A stretch of 64,000 nt of DNA from contig CAWDOY010000045.1 of the NCBI GenBank assembly GCA_963803975.1, forward strand, positions 50,684 to 114,683, given 5' to 3'. The number at the start of each line of letters is the position of its first letter. Position 1 is the stretch's first letter. Below, one piece after another: positions 36,794 to 46,307 of this stretch. The notes below the pieces were generated by a model. That model was not told the DNA's origin, ran no database searches, and worked only from the letters and a program-made list of their open reading frames with translations. The stretch is from an uncultured delta proteobacterium (GTDB taxonomy: Bacteria > Desulfobacterota > WTBG01 > CAIYCZ01). A program made the translations under genes and the position numbers.

Positions 36794-37810
36794 CTATTTT
36801 ATTCCTACCACCAGCGGAGACGTAGCCGGGATGTCGATGGTCGCAACGTTTTTAAAGCCTGCACCCTTGAGCCATGAGGTGTACTGAGAGATGGTAAAGG
36901 TGTTGCCCTCGGTGGTGTGGATGAGCATGTTCACGCCGAACACCAGCGTGAAAAAGTCTTTTTCACGGTTCTCGTCAGGGCAGAGCTCACATATCACAAG
37001 CCTGCCGCCCGGCTTCAATGCCGTATGTATTTTAGCGATAATATTTTTACTCTTGCGCTCGCCTTCACCGTGGCACACATAGCTGAGTGTTGCCATATCG
37101 TATTCATTTTCTCCGAGTGCGTCTTCTTCAACATTGGCAGGAATGAAGGTGAACTGCTGCGCGACTCCCATCTGTTCAGCATGGCGCCTGGTCTGCTCAA
37201 GCACTTTGGCGTCATCCACGCCGCAGATGGTGCAGGTTGGGTCAGCCTGGGCAAGCGCTATGCCCCAGGCACCGGACCCGGTACCCACGTCCATGATCTT
37301 CAATCCCTTCAACTCTTCTCCCATGCCGAGTGCTTTTGCCCCTCCAGCTGCAACGAGATGGGTGGTTCTGAACAGAAGCGGCACCAGCTCTTTATAATAA
37401 TTAAAGCCGTCTTCCTGCTCGGTGCCTGAAGGAAGCGAGGGTTTCCCCGTTTTTAAAACTTCCGTGAGCTTGAACCAGGGGTCCCAGGAAAGGTCAACGT
37501 GCTTCACGTACTCCCCGTAATACATCTTCTTGCCTTTTACCAGAAAGAACCGGGACATGGGCGTGAGCTCGTATGCGCCTTCTTTTTTTTGCAGATACCC
37601 CATGGCGCACAGGGTATCGAGCACCATTTCAAGCCCCCGCAGGTTGGTGGCGGTGACCTGTGAAAGCTTTTCTGCGGTCTTGTTGCCCTGGGAGATATGG
37701 GTGAACAGCTCAAGATCTACCGCGGTGCTCAGGACACGGGTGCGGCAGAAGGCAAAGGTATCAAGAACAATCTGTTCCGGGCTTAGTTCATGACGGTGTT
37801 TCTTTTCCAT
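36794..37810 (-). CDS. Class I SAM-dependent methyltransferase with N-terminal dimerisation domain
   Basis: TAVDLELF, DVGTGSG, LKPGGRL. Confidence 0.9.
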   Translation of the reverse strand: MEKKHRHELSPEQIVLDTFAFCRTRVLSTAVDLELFTHISQGNKTAEKLSQVTATNLRGLEMVLDTLCAMGYLQKKEGAYELTPMSRFFLVKGKKMYYGEYVKHVDLSWDPWFKLTEVLKTGKPSLPSGTEQEDGFNYYKELVPLLFRTTHLVAAGGAKALGMGEELKGLKIMDVGTGSGAWGIALAQADPTCTICGVDDAKVLEQTRRHAEQMGVAQQFTFIPANVEEDALGENEYDMATLSYVCHGEGERKSKNIIAKIHTALKPGGRLVICELCPDENREKDFFTLVFGVNMLIHTTEGNTFTISQYTSWLKGAGFKNVATIDIPATSPLVVGIK

Positions 37811-37944
37811 GCGGGTTATTCTCCCTATTAATTAATATATATATAAACAAGCATTTCAGTCTTCCAAGGGAAATTATTTTTACAGTTAAATGCTTAAAAA
37901 GTCAAAACAATTATACTCCCGCAGCGTGATGAAGGCTGCGGGGC

Positions 37945-38712
37945 TCAGACCTTTCTGAATATTTCCCGCGCCTGCCGGCTGTAACTTCCTTCAGCGTCAA
38001 AGAGTGCCAGCGGGGGCAGTACCCGCGCCTCCTTGCCTCCCCCCTTAATCCCTTCAACCATTACCAGGTTTGCCGGCTCTTCTATGTTCGGGTGTATGAA
38101 GCGGAGCGTCTTCGGCTCCAGCTTTGCGGTGCGCATCTCTTCTATCAGGTCACCTATCCGGGAACAGGGATAAATGGTCAAAAACGCGCCGCTGCGCTTC
38201 AAGAGATAGGCCGCGATGCTTATAAAATCAGCAAGGGTTCCGTGCAGCTCATGGCGTGAAACCGCTTTCCCGCTGTCCTCATTAAGCAACCCGGATTTTA
38301 TTGGATAGAAGGGCGGATTGCTGATGACCGCATCAAAGCTCACGGCAGGAAATTGTTTTTTTAATCTCCCGTATATCTGCGCGGATAATGGTTACCCGGT
38401 CCCCGCATTCATTATAAGAGATATTTTTCTGCGCCAGCGCTGCCAGGTCCTCCTGCACCTCTATGCCCACTATTTCCCTGACCGCTGCAATTCTGGAGAG
38501 CAGCACCGCCAGGATGCCGCTGCCGGTGCCAAGATCAATAACCCGGCCTGCGGCCCGCTCCCGGCAAAATCGCCCAGCAGGATGGATTCCCGGATAAAAT
38601 CGCCCAGCAGTATGGAATCAACGGAAAACCGGTAGCCCTGCCGCTTCTGAAACAGCTTGAGCCGGCCGTCAAAAAGCTCGCACAGCTCATCTTCTGGTGG
38701 AGACGCTGTCAT
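37945..38712 (-). CDS. tRNA1(Val) A37 N6-methyltransferase (TrmN6/YfiC-like; frameshifts)
   Basis: GYRFSVDSILL, DLGTGSG in the shifted frame, SNPPF, SRHE. Confidence 0.8.
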
Positions 38713-38801
38713 GTGTTCTTATCCTTCAATCCTGAACTCATGAAATCAGGAATTTTTGTTTTTTTGAGTTCCTCAAGTTCCAGATTATTATGCGTGGCCA
38801 G

Positions 38802-41384
38802 CTACCGCCTGTTTTTCTTATCATGATAATCCTGCACCGTCCTTCTCCATGTGCCGAGAAAATCATCCAGCCCTCCTTCCGGGGCAATGGGCGGCAGAAT
38901 GGTGACGGTTATTTTCGTGCGGTGCAGCCCGGGATTTTTTCGCGAAAGAAGGGCCTGGGTTCCCTCTATGCAGACCGGCAGCAGCGCTGCGCCGGAACTC
39001 TGCGCAGCATAGCCGATGCCCTTTTTCGGCTGCGCCACCGCTCCGTCAACCGAGCGCATGCCTTCAGGGAAAACGCACATTATGCCCCCGGCTTTCAGTA
39101 TCTGATACGAGTACTGCAAAGATCTGATGGCGGTGTCGTGGGTGCCGGTCAGTATAATCCTGCCTATCTTCTGCGCCAGGGAGAACGGCAGCCTGCCGAA
39201 CATCTGCACCAGCGAGACGAAAAAACAGCGGTTAAGAATGCTGAACGGGAGCAGCGCGTAGATCACTATGCCGTCGATATATGAATTATGGTTGGGCGCG
39301 ATAATAAACGGGGGTTTGGCGTTCCGGAGAAGTTCGGCGCCCTCCAGCCGCGCCCTGAAAAAAAGCTTGAGCAGGGTTTTGCAGACCATGTAAAAACAGA
39401 ACCGGGCAGCTGTTGCAGCCGCATTGCTCCCGCTTGCCACGTGCCGGTCAAGGGGAATGTCCGGCGCGCCGGTCACCAGTTCCGCGACCATTGCGCTTTC
39501 CGGCTCAGCCTCAAAAGAAGCAGTATCCGGAATGAGCGCGCGCATATCCCGCAGGGTGAAGATATTTCCCGCCTGTTCTTCAGCTATTTTTATCCCGTAG
39601 CGCTCCTCGACGGCAAAGAAGAACTCCAGTTTTGCCAGCGAGTCAAGGCCGAGGTCTGTTTCCAGGTTGCCGGCAAGCGAAGGAAATTTATTAAGCTTCA
39701 GCGTCTGCTGCACAAATACCAGAAACGGGTCCTGGTTTTCCGGCGCAGGTTCTACTTGTTCTGCAGCAGCGCCTGAGACTTTTTCTTTTACCAGCTCGGC
39801 AACCCGGTAGCGCTTGATTTTCCCCAGCGAGGTCTTGGGAAGCTCCTCGTCCACCAGCTCAATCCGCGTCACCCGCTGATATGACGGGAGCGTATGGGCT
39901 ATGGTTTCGATCTCGTATTTTATATCCTGGTAGATGGAAGCGGATTTTTCTCGCACGAAATAGTCTTTATTGGGGTATATGACCACGGTGAGAAACTCCC
40001 TGCCGCCTTCACTCAGCAGGGTTATGCACAGCTCTTTTATTCTCTCCGACTGGCGGTAGAGCTTTTCCAGCTCCTCGGGATAGATGTTTTTACCGCTGGA
40101 GAGCACCAGCACCTCTTTTTTCCGGCCGGTGATAAACAGGTGCCCCCGCTCATCCAGATAGCCAAGGTCCCCGGAATGAAACCAGCCGTCAATAACCACT
40201 TCAGCGGTAAGGTCCTGGCGCTGGCAATAGCCCATCATGACGTTCGGGCCCCTGATGCATATCTCGCCCTGGTCCAGATGGGAATCCGCCTTTTCAATCT
40301 TCAGCTCTACGCCAAGAGCTGCCCTGCCCACCGAGCCCGGGACCTGCTCGGAGAGCGTGTTCATGGCGGCAATCGGCGATGTTTCAGTGAGGCCGTAGGC
40401 CTCGATTATTTTGAAGCCCAGAGCCCGCAGCTTTTTATGAACATCCACATCGAGCCGGGCGCCGCCGCTCGCAAAAAACCTGAACCCTTTGAAATTGCGG
40501 TGAATGGTGCTGAATAACCGTTTCCCCGGATTTATCCCCAGGGGCTGCAGGACATCAGAGATTTTCAGCAGGCCGTAAAAAAGAGCCTGTTTGATCTTCG
40601 GCTGCGCTGCCGCGGTCTGAAAGATGCGGTCGCAGAGAAGCTCCAGCACCCGGGGGATGGCAACAAAGGCGGTCGCCCCATGATTTTTAACTGCTGCGAA
40701 AATATCCTCACCTTTCAATGAGCGCGGATAGATGATGGCCGCCCCGAAGTACAGGGGCGCAAGCACCGTGCAGGTAAACGGGTACACATGGTGCAGCGGA
40801 AGCATGGCCAGCACCCGGTCGCGGCCGGTGATAAGGCCGTTCATGGACGCAAGCATCGCAAGGTTCGAGAGGAAGTTTTCCTCGCTGAGCATGACGCCCT
40901 TGGGGTCGCTCGTAGTTCCCGAGGTAAAGATAATTGACATGGGCTGGCCCGGGGCAAGCGGGATGATTTCCGGCTCCCCTTCGGCCGGTGCCGGCGTGAG
41001 GTCTTCGAGAAGAATTTTCGGGACATCGCTTCCAAACATGTTTGAAAACGCGCGGCCGCACAGGATCAGGGCCGGCTTGGTGAAGCGCTCAATATTTTTA
41101 AATTCATCCTCAGTAAACCGGCTGTCGCCGTGGGCCACGGTCAGGCCGCACAAATGCGCGGCAAGATAGGCTGCCGGCCATGCGGGTGAATTCTCGCCGA
41201 CCAGTATCGCACGGCTTCCCGGAGCAATGCTAAAGGAGCGGATGGCGGCGGCACAGGAGAAGATCAGCCCTCTGAATTGAGAACAGGTCAGCGTCTTTTC
41301 TTCGCTGCTCTCAAAATAGAAGAAAGCGGTGTCATTTCCCCGGTCCCGAACAGTCTGCAGAATATGTTTTATTAAAACGGTCAT
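38802..41384 (-). CDS. Fused long-chain acyl-CoA/ACP synthetase - ACP - PlsC acyltransferase (Aas-like)
   Basis: FTSGTTSDPKG, YGLTET, GDLG; LGLDSL phosphopantetheine site; NHNSYID and FPEGMRS. Confidence 0.9.
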   Translation of the reverse strand: MTVLIKHILQTVRDRGNDTAFFYFESSEEKTLTCSQFRGLIFSCAAAIRSFSIAPGSRAILVGENSPAWPAAYLAAHLCGLTVAHGDSRFTEDEFKNIERFTKPALILCGRAFSNMFGSDVPKILLEDLTPAPAEGEPEIIPLAPGQPMSIIFTSGTTSDPKGVMLSEENFLSNLAMLASMNGLITGRDRVLAMLPLHHVYPFTCTVLAPLYFGAAIIYPRSLKGEDIFAAVKNHGATAFVAIPRVLELLCDRIFQTAAAQPKIKQALFYGLLKISDVLQPLGINPGKRLFSTIHRNFKGFRFFASGGARLDVDVHKKLRALGFKIIEAYGLTETSPIAAMNTLSEQVPGSVGRAALGVELKIEKADSHLDQGEICIRGPNVMMGYCQRQDLTAEVVIDGWFHSGDLGYLDERGHLFITGRKKEVLVLSSGKNIYPEELEKLYRQSERIKELCITLLSEGGREFLTVVIYPNKDYFVREKSASIYQDIKYEIETIAHTLPSYQRVTRIELVDEELPKTSLGKIKRYRVAELVKEKVSGAAAEQVEPAPENQDPFLVFVQQTLKLNKFPSLAGNLETDLGLDSLAKLEFFFAVEERYGIKIAEEQAGNIFTLRDMRALIPDTASFEAEPESAMVAELVTGAPDIPLDRHVASGSNAAATAARFCFYMVCKTLLKLFFRARLEGAELLRNAKPPFIIAPNHNSYIDGIVIYALLPFSILNRCFFVSLVQMFGRLPFSLAQKIGRIILTGTHDTAIRSLQYSYQILKAGGIMCVFPEGMRSVDGAVAQPKKGIGYAAQSSGAALLPVCIEGTQALLSRKNPGLHRTKITVTILPPIAPEGGLDDFLGTWRRTVQDYHDKKNRR

Positions 41385-41505
41385 TTATAGAACAATCCAT
41401 TTCATATTTTTACGGGTGATGCTACAATAAAATAGAACGATATTCTTACCCGGAAGGCTGAGATTATAATAATTATTAGCAGGGAGCACCCTTAATGTAA
41501 AGCAA

Positions 41506-41994
41506 ATGGAGGTAAAGGCTATGAAAACTATTTTCTGCGCAACCATAACCGTTCTGTTTTTACTGTTTCTGGGCAGCACTATTCCCGGACCGGCAATGCG
41601 TGCTTTTGCTTTGGAAGGGTCGTCGATGAACAGTGATAAGCCGAAACAGTCAGCGAAAGAATTAAAAGATGATATGCCATCCGAGGCGTTAAGCGATGAC
41701 GACGCAAAAAATCCCTGCCCGCCGTCCTATATAAAGCTGGTGAGCCCCCGGGCAGCAGCAGTCGGGGCCACTGTTTCTTTGCAGGGCTGGCGGTTCGGCA
41801 AAGACGCGGGCCAGGTTGTTTTCTCCAACGGTGTCCCTGCAAAAATCATTTCCTGGCGCTATCAGAACATTGATGTGGAAGTGCCGGACGGTGCCGTTTC
41901 AGGTAATATCGCGGTAATCAGCGCGTGCGGCAGCGAGAACAAAAAGGGAGCCGGCAGCTGGTTTAATGTGATGGACAAGGCAAAGGGACAGTAA
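41506..41994 (+). CDS. Secreted IPT/TIG-domain protein
   Basis: Signal peptide; VSPRAAAVGATVSLQGWRFG...SW...VPDGAVSG. Confidence 0.75.
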   Translation: MEVKAMKTIFCATITVLFLLFLGSTIPGPAMRAFALEGSSMNSDKPKQSAKELKDDMPSEALSDDDAKNPCPPSYIKLVSPRAAAVGATVSLQGWRFGKDAGQVVFSNGVPAKIISWRYQNIDVEVPDGAVSGNIAVISACGSENKKGAGSWFNVMDKAKGQ

Positions 41995-42123
41995 AAACCT
42001 GACCGGCCAGCTTGTGTATGAAAAAGGGGTCTTCTCCAAAGTGAGTGGATGCAAAGAACCCCTGTGTCGCTTGAGATGTGCGCTTAGCTTAATATACTGT
42101 CCCTGCTTGATGAGGAGAAGACC

Positions 42124-44040
42124 CTGAAAAAAATCATCCTCGGCACTGCCGGCCACATTGACCACGGCAAAACCACGCTCATGAAAGCCCTGACCGGCGT
42201 TGACCTGGACCGGCTCAAGGAGGAAAAGGAGCGCGGCATTACCATTGAGCTGGGTTTTACCTCCCTCACCCTTCCCGGCGGGCAGCGGATCGGCATCATT
42301 GACGTCCCCGGCCATGAAAAGTTTATCAAGAACATGGTGGCCGGCGTTGGCGGCATAGACGTGGTAGTGCTGGTGATAGCTGCTGATGAAGGGGTGATGC
42401 CGCAGACCCGCGAGCACCTTGATATCTGCAGGCTCCTTGCTATCAAGCGGGGCCTCATTGCCCTCACCAAAACTGACCTGGTGGATGAAGAATGGCTGGC
42501 TCTGGTTCAAGAAGACGTGCGGCAGTTTGTGCAGGGCACCTTTCTTGAACAGGAGCCCATCATCGCCCTCTCCGCTGCAACCGGCAAGGGAATTCCGGAA
42601 CTGCTGTCTGCTCTTGATGCCATTGTTGCTGATATTAAAGAGCGGCCTTCAACAGGCACATTGAGGCTGCCCATTGACCGGGTGTTTACCATGAAGGGCT
42701 TCGGCACCGTGGTTACCGGAACCCTCATGGCAGGATCGGTTTCACTGGGCGACGAGGTGGAGATTCTTCCCGCCGGGGTCAGGGCAAAAGTGCGGGGCAT
42801 ACAGGTCCACAATGAAAGCGTTGAGTCAGTCGGAGCCGGAGTGAGAACTGCCATCAACCTGCAGGGAACGGAAAAATCACAGATTGAACGGGGAGAAGTG
42901 CTGACTGCTCCCGGCACCGCGGTTCCCACAAGACGGGTTGATGCCTGGATAGACTATCTGGCCGCAGCACCCAGACCATTGAAGCACAGAACCAGAATAC
43001 GCTTCCACTCAGGCACCGCAGAAGTTATGGGGGAAGTGCGGGTGCTCGGCGCTGATGAGCTTCTGCCCGGGCAGTCAGGGTTCATTCAGCTGCTGCTGGA
43101 ACAGCCGGTGGTGCTGTTCCCCCGCGACCGCTACGTGCTCAGGAGCTATTCACCGGTGGACACCATCGGCGGCGGAGAGATTCTCGATAACCTTCCGCCC
43201 CGGCATAAAAGAACAGACGAAACAGTTGCTGAGCGCCTGAAAATTATACAACAGGGAAACCCGGGGAAAGCTTTGGCCGTGTTCTGTAAAGAGGCGGGGC
43301 TCAAAGGGCTGACGGCTGCGCAGATACAGGCGCGGCTGGGGCTTGACACTGCCCGGCAGCAGGCCCTGGTTGAGAAGCTGCTTGCAGCGGGACAGCTCGC
43401 AGTGTTCAGCAGAGAGCCGCTTCTGGTTGCCGACCCGCAGGCAATCCGCGAGCTTGAGCAGCTGGTGCAGCAGGAGCTTAAAGACTTTCACGCTAAAAAC
43501 CCGCTCAAGGTGGGGATGCTCAGGGAAGAGCTCAGGGCGCGTCTTCCCTATGCTACCAGTGAAAAACTGTTTTTCCCGGTCATAGAAAAGCTTGTCGAAA
43601 AAAATAAAGTCGGCTCTTCCAAAGAATATCTTTTCCTGGCCGGCCGCAGCCCGGTGCTGCAGGATGCGCAGAAGGACCTGCAAAAGAAAATTTTAGATGC
43701 CTGTCAGAAGGGTGCGCTCACGCCGCCTACGGTGAAAGAGCTTGCGGAGAAGCTCAACGTGGTGGAGAAGGTTCTGTTGAGCCTGCTTGAAATCGCGGTG
43801 CGGGAGGGCCTGCTGGTAAAGGTGAGTGAAGAGCTCTATGTTGCTTCCCCCGCTGTCAATAAGCTCACCAATGATGTTATTTCCTATCTTGAAAAGAATG
43901 GAGAGATCACCACGCAGGGGTTCAAGGAGCTGACCGGACTGTCGCGCAAATTCATGATCCCGCTGTTTGAGTATCTGGATAAGGCAAAGGTTACGGTGCG
44001 GATAGGGGATAAGAGGGTGCTGAGGAAAGGAAAACAGTAA
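42124..44040 (+). CDS. selB: Selenocysteine-specific elongation factor (probable CTG start)
   Basis: [31 protein letters not shown]-terminal winged helix [13 protein letters not shown]. Confidence 0.95.
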   Translation: MKKIILGTAGHIDHGKTTLMKALTGVDLDRLKEEKERGITIELGFTSLTLPGGQRIGIIDVPGHEKFIKNMVAGVGGIDVVVLVIAADEGVMPQTREHLDICRLLAIKRGLIALTKTDLVDEEWLALVQEDVRQFVQGTFLEQEPIIALSAATGKGIPELLSALDAIVADIKERPSTGTLRLPIDRVFTMKGFGTVVTGTLMAGSVSLGDEVEILPAGVRAKVRGIQVHNESVESVGAGVRTAINLQGTEKSQIERGEVLTAPGTAVPTRRVDAWIDYLAAAPRPLKHRTRIRFHSGTAEVMGEVRVLGADELLPGQSGFIQLLLEQPVVLFPRDRYVLRSYSPVDTIGGGEILDNLPPRHKRTDETVAERLKIIQQGNPGKALAVFCKEAGLKGLTAAQIQARLGLDTARQQALVEKLLAAGQLAVFSREPLLVADPQAIRELEQLVQQELKDFHAKNPLKVGMLREELRARLPYATSEKLFFPVIEKLVEKNKVGSSKEYLFLAGRSPVLQDAQKDLQKKILDACQKGALTPPTVKELAEKLNVVEKVLLSLLEIAVREGLLVKVSEELYVASPAVNKLTNDVISYLEKNGEITTQGFKELTGLSRKFMIPLFEYLDKAKVTVRIGDKRVLRKGKQ

Positions 44041-44136
44041 AATTTCAAATGTCAAAATCCAAAGGACAAATATTTTTAAATTGGATTTTCAGATTTTATC
44101 ATTCATTTGGCATTTGAGCTTTGACCTTTGGACTTA
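44041..44136. repeat. Palindromic heptamer tandem repeat between convergent genes
   Basis: caaa-type units mirrored by tttg-type units. Confidence 0.65.
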
Positions 44137-44168
44137 GAGAGCAGTTCTTTTTTAATGGTTAGTTAGCG

Positions 44169-45096
44169 TTATTCCTGCCGCAGTATCTTCCTTGCCTTCC
44201 GTATGTCTTTTTCTATCTGCGCGGCAAGGGTTTTTGCATCGCGGAATTTTTTCTCGCCCCGCAGCCGTTCAATAAACTGCAGCGATATCTTTTTGCCGTA
44301 GAGGTTTCTGTTAAAATCAAAGAGATGGGCCTCGATGGTCTTCTCGTTTGCCCCAAAGGTCGGGCAGGTGCCGATATTCACCACACCGTCACAGCTGCCG
44401 TAAGGAGTTTCAGCGCGTATCGCGTAGATGCCATTTGCCGGGATCAGGTCTTTGTCGGGCGCGAGGTTGGCGGTAGCAAAGCCGATGCCGCGCTGCAGGC
44501 CCCTCACCACGGTGCCGGGAAGCGTGTACGGCCTGCCCAGCAGCCTGCTCGCCTCATACACATCCCCCTCCCTGATAAAATTTCTGATAATGGTGCTGCG
44601 CACGTGTATATTATCAATCCGTATATCGCTCATTACCCATACCGTAAATCCCAGCTCTTTTCCCAGCTTCTTCAGCAGCCTGACCGAGCCCTCGCGGTTT
44701 TTGCCGAAGGAATAGTCATGCCCCACGAGTATCTCCCGGGGATGAAAGCGCTCATACAGGATCGTCCGTATAAATTCCTCAGAGGTGAGGGCGGCGAATT
44801 TTTTAGTGAACTTTTCCCGCACCAGCAAATCAATGCCGCTGCGCTTTTTTAAGAGCGCGGCCTTTTCCGCGAAGGTGGTAATAATCGGGGGTGATTTGTG
44901 CGGCGCAAGGACTGCAATCGGGTGAGGTTCAAAGGTGTAGACGATAGCTTGGCCGCCGATTACTTTGGCCCGCTGCACGGCGCTCTTGATTATCATCTGA
45001 TGGCCAATATGCAGCCCGTCAAAATTTCCGATGGTGACCACCGGATTTTTCAGCGCAATATCTTTTAAGCTTGTGACTGCCTTTGATGAGCTGCAT
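44169..45096 (-). CDS. ribF: Bifunctional riboflavin kinase/FAD synthetase (start uncertain)
   Basis: IGNFDGLHIGH, GHDYSFG, GFATAN, IEAHLFDF, LRGEKKF. Confidence 0.93.
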
Positions 45097-45189
45097 AGCG
45101 ATATATTCACCGCGGACGCGAGAAGCTTTTGCCTCGAGCCCTTGACCCCTTGAACCCTCATCAACTAATCTATGGCCCTGACCCTGCCC

Positions 45190-45600
45190 TTATATCAACA
45201 CCATCTTTGCTTTTGCCTCGGCCACCACGGTGCCGTCTTCCCGGCAGGCGGAAGCTTTTACATAGACGATCTTTTTCTTTACGCTTTCCAGTTCCGCTGT
45301 CAGATGGAGCGGCTCAAGCACGCGGGCCGGACTTTTAAACCGGGTGTGGAGCTCGCCGGTAACCACATGATAGCCGCTTTTTTGCGCAGCCTTGGCCATT
45401 ACTTCATCAAGCAGCGTGGCGATGATGCCGCCATGCACCACGCCCTGCCAGCCCTGGTACTTTTCCGGCGGCACATAGGTCGCTGTTACTTTTTTGCCGC
45501 CGTCAAGGGTTTGGAACTGCAGCTTCATTCCCTCGGCATTGTCCATCCCGCAGACAAAACAGCCATGATTATCTTCAAGCATTTCTAACGGCATATACAA
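45190..45600 (-). CDS. PaaI-family thioesterase
   Basis: CFVCG, HGGIIATLLDE. Confidence 0.9.
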   Translation of the reverse strand: MYMPLEMLEDNHGCFVCGMDNAEGMKLQFQTLDGGKKVTATYVPPEKYQGWQGVVHGGIIATLLDEVMAKAAQKSGYHVVTGELHTRFKSPARVLEPLHLTAELESVKKKIVYVKASACREDGTVVAEAKAKMVLI

Positions 45601-45668
45601 ACGGCCCTTTCCCGGAAAACGTTTGCTGTCAGGACTGATCTAACATGTTGCTGGGAAAAATTTCCCCC

Positions 45669-45794
45669 CAGGCTGGTCAAAAATACCCTGATGCAAGGCG
45701 CGCGAAATCAAGAGGAATGAGTCGTACTGTAACAGTACGTCGCAATGACGAAGGATGAGCGCAACGCAGCAGACGGGTGTTTTTCAACAGCCTG
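45669..45794. mobile_element. MITE-like element (126 bp)
   Basis: Terminal inverted repeats caggctggtcaaaaa / tttttcaacagcctg; internal palindrome cgtactgtaacagtacg; no ORF. Confidence 0.65.
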
Positions 45795-45803
45795 CTAAAG
45801 CCC

Positions 45804-45831
45804 TTGACAAAATAGGATTATCAATATAAAT
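45804..45831 (+). promoter_or_regulatory. Probable sigma70 promoter of tRNA-Leu
   Basis: TTGACA followed at about 16-17 bp by a TATAAAT-like -10. Confidence 0.55.
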
Positions 45832-45969
45832 TAAAAAATCTTATATCGCAACAACTTTGCTCCCCCGGCGTCGGCACATTACAGCGCATTACGGGAGGCT
45901 GCATAAAATCCCCGCTCCTGGCGGGAGGGGATTAAGGGGAGGGGGAAAGAAGGCATATTAAATAATAGT

Positions 45970-46056
45970 GCCGAAGTGGTGGAATTGGCAGACACGCTAG
46001 GTTCAGGGTCTAGTGGGGGTTCCCCCGTGGGAGTTCGAGTCTCCCCTTCGGCACCA
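45970..46056 (+). tRNA. tRNA-Leu (anticodon CAG)
   Basis: Acceptor stem gccgaag/cttcggc, anticodon loop ttcaggg, long variable arm, gttcgagt T-loop, encoded CCA. Confidence 0.97.
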
Positions 46057-46061
46057 TGCAA

Positions 46062-46134
46062 AATCAAGAGGTTACGTCATTTGGCGTAAGCGCTTTTTTG
46101 TTTCATAAGAGTTTTGGTCAACGGTTTGGTCAAC
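46062..46134. promoter_or_regulatory. att-junction-like signature: IHF consensus plus direct repeats
   Basis: AATCAAgaggTTA matches WATCAANNNNTTR; tttggtcaac at 46113 and 46125. Confidence 0.55.
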
Positions 46135-46160
46135 ACTTGCAGGGAAGGTCTATTCGCATA

Positions 46161-46283
46161 GATATATTGTGATGCACGATTTGCGGATCAAGTATTCAAT
46201 GAATAACGCCTAAATAACTTCTATCGCTGTTGATACATAAGCTGCACTTTTTTCTGAGAATTTCCTGCCACAACATATAGTAT
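46161..46283 (+). repeat. Island intergenic element copy A
   Basis: Core acttctatcgctgttgatacataagctgcactttttt...ccacaacat. Confidence 0.9.
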
Positions 46284-46307
46284 AAATGGGAAACGGGATA
46301 TTTAATT

